A stretch of DNA of 52,876 nucleotides from a virus (taxonomy: Duplodnaviria > Caudoviricetes): positions 1 through 52,876 of IMG/VR virus record IMGVR_UViG_3300030330_000436. One strand, written 5' to 3'. Below, piece by piece: positions 1 to 11,200 of this stretch. Every line of letters begins with the position of its first letter. Within the stretch, counting starts at the first letter, position 1. Both the position numbers and the translations under genes were made by a program. Below the pieces are notes generated by a model that was given only the letters and a program-made list of their open reading frames with translations, had not been told where the DNA came from and did not search any database.

Positions 1-1590
1 GTTAAAGGTGCTGTTTATACAGCAATGTCTATGTCTGAGGGCAATCTAACCACAAAGAGTGGTAATGGTTCTGTTGCTTTAGCAGCAGGTTTTCCAATAC
101 AGGATGGATATTGGTACTACGAAGTTAATTTTGTAGAAGATGCAGCAAATATGGTATTTGGATTGTATAATCCAGCTACAACAGTTACAGCGTCTGATAG
201 TAACCCTACTCTAACTGGTATAAAAGAAAATGGTGGAACTGTAGTCATAGAAGATAATGGTGCTTCAAACTCTATAGCTGGGCCAACTCTTTCAAATCCA
301 TCAGCAGGAGATGTTGTAGGAATTTATATAAGAAAAGTTGGTAACAGCTATGGTATGTGGTTTTCTCTAAACGGCACTGCTATGAACAACACTCCTGCCG
401 CTACTGCAACAGCTACTCCAGATATAGGTTTTGCAGCTAGTATGGAGTTAGTGCCAGCAGCACACTATACCAATCTCGGCACTAAAGAAGCACAAACAAA
501 CTTTGGACAGTTACTGCGATTTGATGGTGGGTCAACTTCATTTGATTCTGACTCTGATGGCAACTGGAAACATGCTCCTGTTACAGGATTTAAAGCTCTT
601 AACCAAGATAACTTAGATGAAACTGCATCTAAACTTACAGCTTGGGCATGGATTAAAAACAGAGATGCTACTGACAATCACATACTTGTTGATAGAGTTA
701 GAGGTGTAGGTAAAGTTTTAAGTAGTAATAATGCATCGTCAGCAGAAGCAATAAATACTAACACTGTACAACGGTTCTTCCAAAGAGGTGTACAAATTGG
801 CAGTGATGCAGAGGTAAACACTGATAATGAAAGTTATGTTCTTTGGCAGTGGTTACTAGGAGATAGTGCTACTACTGGATCAAGTATTACTACTGGTTCT
901 CCTAGCTTGACAACAACAGGTATAGTTGCAGATGCGGATCACTTTAGCATTATAAGTTATACTGGTTCTGGATCAAATGCTACTGTCGCTCATGGGTTAT
1001 CTGCTGCTCCAGAAATGTATATAGTACGAGATCGAACTGACGGTAATGATTGGAATGTGTACCATGAAAATGCTGACGCTAGTCCTGCATCTGGTTCCTT
1101 GCGACTAGATAGTAATGCAGCTTTTCTTGCAGACCCAACTATATGGAACGGTGTACCAACAGCTACTATAATTAATCTTGGAACTTCGGATGAAACAAAT
1201 AAACTAAATAATAATTTTATTACATATTGTTTTAGAAGCATCCCCGGTGTGTGTAAGGTGGGCAGCTACGTTGGAAATGGCGATGATAATGGTGCATATA
1301 TTTCATTAGGCTTTCGCCCCAGATGGATTCTACTGAAATCTACAACTACCGCAAGAGATTGGCCTATTTTTGATACAGCTAGAGACCCTACAAATGTTGC
1401 CGATCAACGTCTTGACGCTAGTTCCAATGCAGCAGAATTTGCCGCCGCATTAGATGTCGATTTTTTAGCTGATGGTTGGAAATTCAGGTCAGATGATATT
1501 GATGGTAATGCTTCTGGAGTAACGTATATCTATCTAGCTATGGCTGATATAGCCGGTAATGGTACGCTACCCCCTATATACGGTAGATAA
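1..1590 (+). CDS. Tail fibre/receptor-binding protein, C-terminal part (SPRY/concanavalin-like domain plus repeats), 5' truncated
   Basis: Frame is open from base 1 (VKGAVYTAMSMSEGNL). SEGNL...GYWYYEV is SPRY-like. The WIKNRD...H.L.D.VRG, FSIISYTGSG.NATVAHGL and GSYVGNG repeats are typical of marine phage tail proteins. Confidence 0.8.
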   Translation, partial: VKGAVYTAMSMSEGNLTTKSGNGSVALAAGFPIQDGYWYYEVNFVEDAANMVFGLYNPATTVTASDSNPTLTGIKENGGTVVIEDNGASNSIAGPTLSNPSAGDVVGIYIRKVGNSYGMWFSLNGTAMNNTPAATATATPDIGFAASMELVPAAHYTNLGTKEAQTNFGQLLRFDGGSTSFDSDSDGNWKHAPVTGFKALNQDNLDETASKLTAWAWIKNRDATDNHILVDRVRGVGKVLSSNNASSAEAINTNTVQRFFQRGVQIGSDAEVNTDNESYVLWQWLLGDSATTGSSITTGSPSLTTTGIVADADHFSIISYTGSGSNATVAHGLSAAPEMYIVRDRTDGNDWNVYHENADASPASGSLRLDSNAAFLADPTIWNGVPTATIINLGTSDETNKLNNNFITYCFRSIPGVCKVGSYVGNGDDNGAYISLGFRPRWILLKSTTTARDWPIFDTARDPTNVADQRLDASSNAAEFAAALDVDFLADGWKFRSDDIDGNASGVTYIYLAMADIAGNGTLPPIYGR

Positions 1591-1611
1591 TTTAAGAAAG
1601 GAAACTAAACT

Positions 1612-2166
1612 ATGTGGGCAAGAATTATGGGCAGTCAGTTGGTAGAGATTATTAAGATACCAAAGTCTATGTATATTAATGATATTCAATACCCTACGTC
1701 TATCTTTAGCTCTTCGTGGACTAACGCAGAACGTAAAGACTTAGGTATTGTGCCTTATGAGTATGAGGGAAGCCGTATAGAAAATATGTTTTATACAACA
1801 TCTGAAGCTGCACCTGCCGTAGAGTCTAACAGAGTTGTTGTAAAAAGAACTCAAACTGCTCGGAATATAGATGATATTAAAGCTACCATGAAAAACTCTG
1901 TGTCTCAAACTCTTAAAAGTTATCTAGAACAAACAGATTGGATTGTAATTCGAGAGCAAGACAATGGTACTGCCAAACCCTCAGACCTTGCTAAGTGGCG
2001 CACAGACTTACGTGCAAAAGCTGCTGCATTAGAAACTGCCATAGACGACAAGACAGATGTAGCAGGACTAGAAGCCATGACAGTGTTTACAGAAGAGATG
2101 GCAGACGCTGGTAAAAAAGCCTCAGAGTTCGATGAGTGGCCTGAAAACCCAAGAGCTTCTACATGA
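1612..2166 (+). CDS. Putative tail fibre assembly/chaperone protein
   Basis: Follows the tail gene. LEQTDWIVIRE...KWRTDLR resembles phage tail-assembly chaperones. AAGGA Shine-Dalgarno (SD). Confidence 0.6.
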   Translation: MWARIMGSQLVEIIKIPKSMYINDIQYPTSIFSSSWTNAERKDLGIVPYEYEGSRIENMFYTTSEAAPAVESNRVVVKRTQTARNIDDIKATMKNSVSQTLKSYLEQTDWIVIREQDNGTAKPSDLAKWRTDLRAKAAALETAIDDKTDVAGLEAMTVFTEEMADAGKKASEFDEWPENPRAST

Positions 2167-2330
2167 CAGAAGAGCTTAAAACAGTAGGAGACGTTGTAGG
2201 TGTAAGTTCTACATTAGCTCTTTTAGCTGGATGGCTTCCTCCTCTTGTATCTTTTGTGACTCTTGTGTGGTTTTCTATTCGTATATATGAAACAAAAACT
2301 ATTCAAAATTTAATTAAGAAAGATAGGTAA
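2163..2330 (+). CDS. Small 55-aa membrane protein, holin-like (not in ORF track)
   Basis: MTEELKTVGDVVGVSSTLALLAGWLPPLVSFVTLVWFSIRIYETKTIQNLIKKDR. ATGA overlap with the upstream stop, hydrophobic core and basic tail. Confidence 0.7.
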   Translation: MTEELKTVGDVVGVSSTLALLAGWLPPLVSFVTLVWFSIRIYETKTIQNLIKKDR

Positions 2331-2332
2331 AG

Positions 2333-4066
2333 ATGTCTGAAGAACAAACTGATGCTGAAGAAGTAGCGGTAGACCCAATAGTAAGTTTACCCGATCCAAA
2401 TATAGTTAACGCACCTATTTTAGCTATTCGTGGTCAGCAAGCTATTGGTGTTCCTAATGTTGTCACTCAGACAGGTCGTACAGACCCTTCTAATGCGGAA
2501 ATGTTGTATGATCCTGTAGCTCAACAAGTACAAGCAGATGAGCTTCTTGCAGATCAAGATAAATTTTTAGACACAAGTGAACAACGAGCGCGTGTTTCTA
2601 GTCCTAATTTAATTACTGGAATACCTGATGTAAATGTGCAAGCTCAAGACGCCGCACAAATACAGAACGTAGAACGCACTTTTAGCAACATGCCTACAGC
2701 TACAGCAGCTACAGGGTCCATTACTCAAAATGATGTAGTAGACCCTAATCAGGTTGTAGACGAGCGTACAAAACAACAGATGCTGGAACGTGGAAGTCTA
2801 GCTGAAGCACAGACACAGACTTTAGCTAACGAAGCTTCTATAGCATATCAGATTGAAAAGCTTACAGAAGGTATGGAGACAGGGCAGTTTCCTCCGTGGG
2901 CTTCTCCTACTGTTCGTAAAGTAAATGAGATTATGCAGCAACGAGGATTAGGTTCCTCTAGTATGGCAGCAGCAGCTTTGGCGCAAGGGCTTATCGAATC
3001 TACTATTCCTATTGCAGCCCAAGATGCACAAGCTAACGCTACTCTTCAACTACAAAACCTAAACAATCAGCAACAAACTGCTCTTGCAAATGCAGCTACG
3101 ATTGCTACAATGGATAGGCAGAATCTAGATAATCGTATGAAAGCTGCACAGCAAAATGCTCAGTCTTTCTTAAATATGAATCTTAAAAATACTACAAATG
3201 AACAGCAAGCTGCGGTATTGACATATCAATCAAAAGTACAATCTTTATTTACAGACCAAGCTGCTGCAAATGCTGCACAGCAGTTTAATGCTACCTCTCA
3301 AAATCAAGTAAATCAGTTCTACGATCAGCTAGGTGCTACAGTCGAACAGGCTAATGCAGCAAGAGATTTATCAATACAAAAATTCAATAGTGAAGAGACT
3401 ACTTCTGTAGAGGAGTTTAATACTAATTTAGATAATATACGTGAACAATTTAATGTTGCTATGCGTAGTCAGATTGACCAATCAAATACAACTTGGCGTA
3501 GGCAGATTAACACGGCAAACACTGCTAATGAAAATGCCGCAAATAAAACAAATGCTGCTATCATGCTTGGCCTGACGCAACAAGCTCAAAATCAACTTTG
3601 GCAGAAATATCGCGATGAAGCTCATCAGTTGTATACTTCTTTAGAAAATGAGACGCAACGAAATCATCAGATAGTTTTAAGTGCTATGGAAAATCAGTTT
3701 AATACTGATATGTTTAACCGTACCGTAGAGTTTAAAAAACAAGTTCAAGCTGGCGCTGCATCTCAACGTCTTTTACAAGATGCAATTTCATTTGGAAAAC
3801 AATTCTTAACAACAGAAGTAAAAGTTGGCGATAAAACAACATCACTTTTAGGAGCTAGTGCTGGAGCTTTACTTGGTGCGATAGGTCTTGGTGGTAGCGA
3901 TAGTAATGTTGACGTTGATCCCGGTTCAGCGCAAGAGGGTTTTGACTTTTTATCTGGAATAGGAACAGTTGACGATGCAAGTTTTGATGAGACTGAAGAC
4001 GTTTTTGATAACATTTTTGAGTTTGAAAATAATATTGTAGAAGATGATGATGTATTTATTATATAA
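2333..4066 (+). CDS. Putative internal virion/ejection protein (Gln/Ala/Asn-rich coiled coil)
   Basis: 577 aa with QRGLGSSSMAAAA and QQFNA repeats. Lies after the tail genes. Confidence 0.6.
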   Translation: MSEEQTDAEEVAVDPIVSLPDPNIVNAPILAIRGQQAIGVPNVVTQTGRTDPSNAEMLYDPVAQQVQADELLADQDKFLDTSEQRARVSSPNLITGIPDVNVQAQDAAQIQNVERTFSNMPTATAATGSITQNDVVDPNQVVDERTKQQMLERGSLAEAQTQTLANEASIAYQIEKLTEGMETGQFPPWASPTVRKVNEIMQQRGLGSSSMAAAALAQGLIESTIPIAAQDAQANATLQLQNLNNQQQTALANAATIATMDRQNLDNRMKAAQQNAQSFLNMNLKNTTNEQQAAVLTYQSKVQSLFTDQAAANAAQQFNATSQNQVNQFYDQLGATVEQANAARDLSIQKFNSEETTSVEEFNTNLDNIREQFNVAMRSQIDQSNTTWRRQINTANTANENAANKTNAAIMLGLTQQAQNQLWQKYRDEAHQLYTSLENETQRNHQIVLSAMENQFNTDMFNRTVEFKKQVQAGAASQRLLQDAISFGKQFLTTEVKVGDKTTSLLGASAGALLGAIGLGGSDSNVDVDPGSAQEGFDFLSGIGTVDDASFDETEDVFDNIFEFENNIVEDDDVFII

Positions 4067-4087
4067 TCTAGTAGAGGAATAAAAACA

Positions 4088-4543
4088 ATGGTTTCTTTTG
4101 CATCTTTAGCAGGTAAAGCAATTACAGCAGCAGTTACAAGCGGAGCAAGTACTTTAGCAAAAGTAGGTGCGGCCAAAGCAGGGCAAGCTCTTTTTGGTTC
4201 TTCATCAGGGCGATCTGTTGGTGTAAGTGCTGCTACATCAGGAGCAGACATAACAAAAATTATTGAAGATGATGATTTAGATTTTCAAAAAACAAGCTTG
4301 GGAGCAGCAGGTTTCGTAAAAGGTATTCCAGACTATCGTCGCGTAGGTGCTACAGACGCGAATGCTCAAGCACAATCTATCGCTGACTCTGGATTACAAA
4401 GAGTTATTGCAAGCATGATGAACAGTCCTCCTGCATCTCCTGATGTTCGCGCAAGCATACTAGGCTCTATGGCTTCTCCTCGCTCTGTTGTATCTAATTC
4501 TGATTCTAAAAAATTTAAAAAGTATTTAAAAGGACTTTCGTAA
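4088..4543 (+). CDS. Hypothetical Ala/Gly/Ser-rich virion-module protein
   Basis: 151-aa ORF with GAGGA SD in the late operon. Confidence 0.55.
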   Translation: MVSFASLAGKAITAAVTSGASTLAKVGAAKAGQALFGSSSGRSVGVSAATSGADITKIIEDDDLDFQKTSLGAAGFVKGIPDYRRVGATDANAQAQSIADSGLQRVIASMMNSPPASPDVRASILGSMASPRSVVSNSDSKKFKKYLKGLS

Positions 4544-4544
4544 T

Positions 4545-5087
4545 ATGGAAACTTTGACACAAAAACTGCAAAATGATCCTCACATAGGAAAACCTATACC
4601 GGGGCAGTCTCTTACTGCTACTCCCGGCTCTATGCCGTATGAGAATCCTCCTCAGACTTCTTCTGTTGAGAAAGCATTTCTAACTCTGAAAGCAGGTTTG
4701 TATCAAAAAAATACTCAGCGTGAAATAGGTGAAGTTACAAAAGCAGGAATATCTTGTGAAACATTAGCATCTTCATTAGTTATGATGGGTTTTTCTCAAG
4801 GCATGTTTAATCCTGATGTTGCAGAACTAATCAGACCTTTTTTAACTATTGAAATTTTTAAAATAGCTAAAAATCAAGGAGTAGATAAGGTAATACTTGA
4901 AAATAAACCCGTGAGAAAAAATTTAGATACGGATGCTTTACGAGATTTAGAAGACGAAGCGTTACCTGATAATACATTTAATATTGAATTTACACCAGAA
5001 GAAGAAGAACTAATGAAAATTCCTTCAGAACCAGAACAGTTTCCTGAACCAGAGGGCTTTATGACAAAACCAAGAGAGGTAGCATAA
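4545..5087 (+). CDS. Conserved phage hypothetical protein (PIPGQSLT...PYENPP motif)
   Basis: 180 aa. Motif recognised from marine podovirus virion modules. Confidence 0.6.
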   Translation: METLTQKLQNDPHIGKPIPGQSLTATPGSMPYENPPQTSSVEKAFLTLKAGLYQKNTQREIGEVTKAGISCETLASSLVMMGFSQGMFNPDVAELIRPFLTIEIFKIAKNQGVDKVILENKPVRKNLDTDALRDLEDEALPDNTFNIEFTPEEEELMKIPSEPEQFPEPEGFMTKPREVA

Positions 5088-5088
5088 G

Positions 5089-8000
5089 ATGGCATTTATA
5101 GATCGAATCGGAGAAATTGCTTCTAAGGTTGTTGCTAAAACTTTATCTGATCCTGAAAAATCAGGTGAGCTACTACGTTTAGGTTTAACCGCTGCAACTT
5201 TGCCTGATAGAGAAGATACCTCTCAATCTGCTTTTGATTTAGGAAGGTTTAGGCAATACAACATTTCGAGGCAGCAGGAGGATCAGGCTAAAGCTGCTGC
5301 ACTGGAAGCTCAAAGAAAAGCTGCCGAAGAACAGAGAAAACGTATTTTTGAAATAGAAAAAGAAGATAGAAAACTTCGGTTTGACGCTGACATGAGAGTA
5401 GCTGAACACATAGCAGAACGTCAGAAAGAAAATCGAGAAAGATTCGATAAGTTTTTAACTGAATTTGATAATTTTAGAGCAGATGCAGAAAATCGTCATT
5501 GGAGTATGTACGCGAATAAAGTAGGTAATAAATACGTGCCTAATGAAAGAACTTTAGATGCGTTTAGATTTCATAAAATGTTTGGACAAGGGCGTAATAG
5601 TCTAGAGGACGAAGCTAAAGGTGGTAGAGCTTTTGATAAACTTATAAGAGCAGCGGCTGAACGATATAAACTTAACACAAAAAAACGAGAATTAGAGTCT
5701 CAACAAAAATTAAGCCAAAAAGATCAAGTGTCTGTTCTTCCGGGTGTTACTACTTTCGGTGAAAATATGGGCATACCTGTTAATTTTTTTCATGTTCCTT
5801 ATAATAGTTATTCAAAAGAACAAAAAATAGGCCCTAACGGAGAAGTACTTAGAAGCACACAAGACAATATGATAGATGCTCATCACAGTGTAGCAATTAA
5901 CGGAATGACAAACTTTGCAAGAAGTTTTTTTACAGATAAAAATTTTCAAAAGGCATCTGAACTAGGTTTTACTCAAGGCGAATATGCAGGTATTTTAGAT
6001 GCTTATAAAAATCTTGACTATTTAATGCTTAATCCTGAAAAAAATACAGAAAAAAATGATAGTCCCAAAGTTATAGCAAACGGCATTGCAAAACTTCTAG
6101 TAGGTTTAGGAGAGGCAGATGCCTTTAGAAAAGCTCTTGTTCGAGTAAAAAATGGAAGAAATACTGACGGAGCAAATAATGCAGAATCTAGTAGAGTAAA
6201 AGGTAGTGGAAATATATCTTACAAATATGATTTAAATTTTTACAGAAACAATCCTATAATGACACAAGTTGCTTTAAAATTAGGTGCTTTAAGTAATTTC
6301 GAGCTACAGGCAATTGAAGCAGAGCGTTTAAACGCAGGAGGAGAAAGAAACACAAAGACAGTTACTGAAACTCCAGAAGGAGACACAAATGTAGTCTATG
6401 GTTTTGAGCACAATTCAGATAAAATATCACAGGCACTTGCTGACCAAGATCGAAACATGAGATATTTATTAAAACGAGCAACAGATGACCAGAAAGACGA
6501 ATTTAAAGCTATAGATGAAGAAATTCAAAAAAAATACGCAGAAGCTGGTGATGAAGAGAGAGAAGATTTATTTTTTAGAAGGCAAGCTTTAATACAGCGA
6601 ATACAAGGTGGTTCTCGTTCGCAAAAAAACGAGTACTTAGCTGCTGCTTTGTATCTTGCAGCAGGTCGTCCTACTTCTAAGACAATTAGAAACGGATTAA
6701 ATTTTTCAATTTATCACATGGACAATCCGGGTATTGCTTTAAAAGATAAAAACAATAATGCTACAAAACTTCTTCTAAATTTACAAAGTAATTTAAATAA
6801 TGTAAATGATCTTTTAAGAAGTTTTCAACGTATACGTACTCTTGCTGAAGTTAGTGAAGCTGATTTTAATAGATTCGGAGGATTAGATTTTAATGTTCAG
6901 ACTGTAAAAAGAACAGAAAAACCCCCTATAGCGGGTTATGCGGGTGAACTTGCTGGTCGTTTTGAAAGTGCTGTAAAATTTTTCCATGAAGCATTTGCAG
7001 CAATTCGCGGTGAAGGTGTTGCACAATTTAAAGGAGGTTCTCTTGCAGGTAACTTAGAAATAGGAACTAGGCTTCAAGAATTTAAATTAGACCCAGAAGC
7101 ATTTGAAAAAAAGTATGGTTATAGAATTGATCTTGACCCAGACAATATGGGGCGTGTTACAGGAATTAAAGATCAAATGATAGACGGTTTTAACCAAATA
7201 GACCTAGATTATGCTGAAGCTATGAAAAGCGGCACCCTTAAACAACAAGAACAAGCAAAACGACTGTACCTCCGAAGAACAGCTATGATGTGGGAAAAAG
7301 CTGCTTTAACTTATAAATTAGCAGGATACGTTCAAGGAGAGCAGACAGGTGGTCGAACAATTTCTAACCAAGACTTTGACAACATCTACAAAGCTTTGTG
7401 GGGTGGAAATTTTTCTAGTGAAGAATCTGCTATAAATGCTGTTCGATATCTTAATTTTACAACTAAAGAAATAAGAGATCGTAATCTAGGTGAAATATTT
7501 CTTTTACAAACAACAGGAAAAGGTTTTAGTCTTGACTTAGCTGCTAATAATTATGCAGAAAGACTTTATCAACAAAGGTTAGATAGGTTTTTCAAAAATA
7601 ATCCACAAGTAGAAAAATTTCTAAAAAATAATAGCGTGGAATTAGAACGAAGCGATACTACAGTACGAGCTACAGAAATGGCTAAAATTGCTCAGTATGC
7701 TCAATCGAATAACATGGGTGGTACTATAAACTTTACGTTAGCAAATTTAGAACGTGAAGGTATTGCAAGGTTAACAAAGAATACTCAATCTTTATATCGA
7801 GTTATGGGTCGTAAGAATAAAATAAGTCAATCTAAATTTCCTTTAGCTTATAATGATTTTGAAGAAATGTACAAAGCAGTGCTTGGTCAATCTGGAAAAC
7901 TTTCTGATTCTGTCAGTTCACTTGTTTTTAATTATGACGAATTAGAGAAAGCAATGAATGAAAAAACTAATAACGGAAAGCCAACCGAAAGAGCAGAAAA

Positions 8001-8277
8001 AGCTGCTATGATAGTAACTCGCATAAGTGACAAACTTCCTCGTATATCACAAACGAATACTGTACTAGAAAATATAGGTACTATTTTAGAAATTTTTAAA
8101 GATCCTAAAAGACCTTTTGAATATTTAGGTGACGGATCAAATCAGGGTATTGATAAATTAGAGAGTGAGTTTGTAAGTAAGGTAGGTTCTACAAATTTAT
8201 CCATACTTAAATTTTTCAGAGACGATCCTTCTTTCTTAGAATACATTTTAAGAACTTATCATGGAGATGAGGGATAA
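5089..8277 (+). CDS. Large putative internal virion protein
   Basis: 1062 aa, helical and charged. Carries a GGRTISNQDF motif. Position matches podovirus ejection proteins. Confidence 0.55.
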   Translation: MAFIDRIGEIASKVVAKTLSDPEKSGELLRLGLTAATLPDREDTSQSAFDLGRFRQYNISRQQEDQAKAAALEAQRKAAEEQRKRIFEIEKEDRKLRFDADMRVAEHIAERQKENRERFDKFLTEFDNFRADAENRHWSMYANKVGNKYVPNERTLDAFRFHKMFGQGRNSLEDEAKGGRAFDKLIRAAAERYKLNTKKRELESQQKLSQKDQVSVLPGVTTFGENMGIPVNFFHVPYNSYSKEQKIGPNGEVLRSTQDNMIDAHHSVAINGMTNFARSFFTDKNFQKASELGFTQGEYAGILDAYKNLDYLMLNPEKNTEKNDSPKVIANGIAKLLVGLGEADAFRKALVRVKNGRNTDGANNAESSRVKGSGNISYKYDLNFYRNNPIMTQVALKLGALSNFELQAIEAERLNAGGERNTKTVTETPEGDTNVVYGFEHNSDKISQALADQDRNMRYLLKRATDDQKDEFKAIDEEIQKKYAEAGDEEREDLFFRRQALIQRIQGGSRSQKNEYLAAALYLAAGRPTSKTIRNGLNFSIYHMDNPGIALKDKNNNATKLLLNLQSNLNNVNDLLRSFQRIRTLAEVSEADFNRFGGLDFNVQTVKRTEKPPIAGYAGELAGRFESAVKFFHEAFAAIRGEGVAQFKGGSLAGNLEIGTRLQEFKLDPEAFEKKYGYRIDLDPDNMGRVTGIKDQMIDGFNQIDLDYAEAMKSGTLKQQEQAKRLYLRRTAMMWEKAALTYKLAGYVQGEQTGGRTISNQDFDNIYKALWGGNFSSEESAINAVRYLNFTTKEIRDRNLGEIFLLQTTGKGFSLDLAANNYAERLYQQRLDRFFKNNPQVEKFLKNNSVELERSDTTVRATEMAKIAQYAQSNNMGGTINFTLANLEREGIARLTKNTQSLYRVMGRKNKISQSKFPLAYNDFEEMYKAVLGQSGKLSDSVSSLVFNYDELEKAMNEKTNNGKPTERAEKAAMIVTRISDKLPRISQTNTVLENIGTILEIFKDPKRPFEYLGDGSNQGIDKLESEFVSKVGSTNLSILKFFRDDPSFLEYILRTYHGDEG

Positions 8278-8282
8278 CAACA

Positions 8283-11200
8283 ATGAGTGAAAACATGAAC
8301 AATCAAGAAATGCAAGAACTTTTTGGTGTAGACCCTACTGAAGAGAAACGAGGGGTTTTATTTGAAAATATAGTAAGCGGTGATAAAGCTTTTACTATAT
8401 TTCAAAATATCTCTGAAGACAAGAAAGCTGATTTTGAAAAATTTATGCAAACAGAAGGTAGCGTAGGACCGACAACTGGAATAACAACAGGTGTTGAAGA
8501 TAGGGCTCTTCAAGCTGTACAGAGAGACTTTGGAGATTTTAGTGGAATTGCTGACCCTACAGGAATGATGAGAACTGGCGATGCCCTTGAAGACATACAA
8601 CGTTCAGATTTAGATTTATTAGAAAGCCGTAAAACCTTAGAGGGTGGAGACGTATTTATACCTGCTTTTCGTGATCCAGAAGAAGCCTCTGAAGAAATAT
8701 TTGCATACCAAGACCCTTTTGAAGAATTGACATTTAAAACATCTGACGAGAGAAAATCTCTCTCAGAACAACTTGCTGCTCGAAATATAAGAAAATTTGA
8801 AGAGGATAGTATTTTTGATAGATTTGCAGACATAGGTATTTCTGTGTTAGGAGGCACATCACCTGAAACAGGGAAACCTCGTACTATACGTACTCAGGCA
8901 GGTCTTGCATCAGCACTAGAAATATTTCCAGAATTTCTAGTAGCGTTGTTTCAAGAAAATGCAAGATCAAGTTATGGTGCATATCAAACTATATTTAACA
9001 AAACAACATATTCTAATATTCTTGATTCATTTAAACGAGGTTTTTCACCTCTTAAAGCTGAACGCAATTTTCTTCCATCTAACAAAACGGCTGCACTTAC
9101 TTTTTTACAAGGTAGACAAGATGCAGAAGCAGTTTTAGACGTAGCCGCAAAAGTTCTACGAGATAATGTCAGAAAACAGCTAGGCATGGATGATGATGTA
9201 TCTTTTAGAAGATTTTATAATAACGTTAGAGGCGTTATTGAAATACCAGCAGAGAGAGAAACTCCTTTTACTAAAGCTGCTGCTATAGGCGGTATGTTGA
9301 CTCTAAGTGGAGGAGTTATACCAGCAGGAAGAACTGGTATGCAGCTTGTCAGAAACGCTGGCAGAGTGTATGCCGCAGCGCATGTAGCTGGTAGAACAGG
9401 TGGTATAATTGGTAAAGGAGTCAAGGGTACTATTGAAAAATTAGGAGATACTTTTTTCAATCGACAAGTGCTAAATGTCGATTTTGGAAAAACGTATATA
9501 CCTGATAGGTTTTATAAAGCTCTTACAGAAGGAGAAAGCATCGAACACGCGGTAAAAGCTTTTCAATTTGCAGGAGTTCCTAGAGACAAAGCTGTTAGAA
9601 TGGCTAAAAATGCTAGGCGAGATTTTCACTCAGCGGTATTTGGAGGCGTTCTTTATAGTATGTTTGATTCTATTTTTAATGATGAATTAATTTCTATGGG
9701 TGGCGCTTTTCTAGGAAGTATTTTAGGTAATCAAACTGCTGCAACCGGACGCGCACTATTTTCAAGAGGTTTCTTAAATGCCGTAACACGACTTGCAAAT
9801 GTTTATGAAGGTGATTTTAGAAAGTCTATTGAAGCTTTTAGAAATTCTGATTTTAAAGGAATGAATACATTACGTAGAACATTCTTGAGAGTTCATGGGC
9901 TTGAAACAGCAGATATAAATGCAGCAAGACGTTCGTCTTTTACTCAAGGTGAAGAGGTTTTAGCTAAAATTAGAAGTTTAGAGGAAGAAGGTAATACCTC
10001 TCAAGCCATCAGAGTAAAAAATAAAGCTATGAATGAGGGTCTTTTGGATGACAAAGGACGCGCTCACGGTTGGTTCGTACTGGGTACAATACTAGAAAGT
10101 GGATGGACTAAAAATAATATTAATTACGGTGCAACTTTTCATAAGCTAGTTCTTGAAGGCAATGAGCAAGATGCTAATCAGTATCTAGCAAGCGTATCTA
10201 GAATACAGCAGCTACTAGATGACTTGTATACAAAAGCACCAAAAGCTATGGAAAAATTTCCGTTGCTTTTTGAGCAAGTCACTGGCTTTGCACAACTGCA
10301 AGCTATGCGAAATGCTCTCATGTCAAATCTTGAGTTTTCTTCACTTGAAGGAAAAGTTATATCTGGTGCATTAATTAGTGAAACCGAAAAGTTTCAAGAA
10401 TTGTTAAGCGATCAAGCTATAAAACTAAAAGAAGCTCTTAAAGAATTTACAAAAGCAGGAGACAGTGATCGATCTGCTGCTCTACAAGAGATTAAAGACG
10501 ACATTAATAAATTAATCTCCGAAAAGAATTTGGATTTTGATATTGAAAGACTGCAAAAATTAAAAAGACATTCTGAAACTCCTTTAAATGTTAAGAACTC
10601 AGCAATTCAAGAGAACATAGGTGCTTTAAAACAATTAAGTGCAATAGAAAATGTAGGAAATGAAATAGTTAGAAAAGAAAGAGGTAACGCAAATATATCA
10701 CTTCTTCAAAATGGTTTTTCTGTTTTACAAAAAAGAGCTAAAAAACCCTTTGAAGATATAAAAATAAAGCACTCAGATTTAGAAATGGATGTTTCTGATT
10801 TTGTAACGGCTTTACCCGCTACAGTTGAAAATATAGAACCCAATGTTCGTTCATTACTTATTAATTTTGGTAAGTTTGACAACGCAACTATGTATCGTTT
10901 GTATCAAAAGGTTAGTACTGATTTCTTCAAAAAACAAATGGGTTTATCCTCAAGAGAAGCTATCTCTACACCTGAACAGTATCAAGTTTTTCAAACTGAA
11001 ATACAGAAATTTATTAATCAAAATCCTGTTGTTGGAGGGCAAGGCACTGCTGAAGAAAAGAAAGCGATCTTTAATGATGTAATGCAAAACGCTAGAAGGA
11101 TAGAACAATCAGGAGAACCTGTAAATTATTCTGATCTGGCTAACATGGTTGTATCTAACATGATGGTTAAATATGAGATACCTGCAAAATTAAATGTAGA

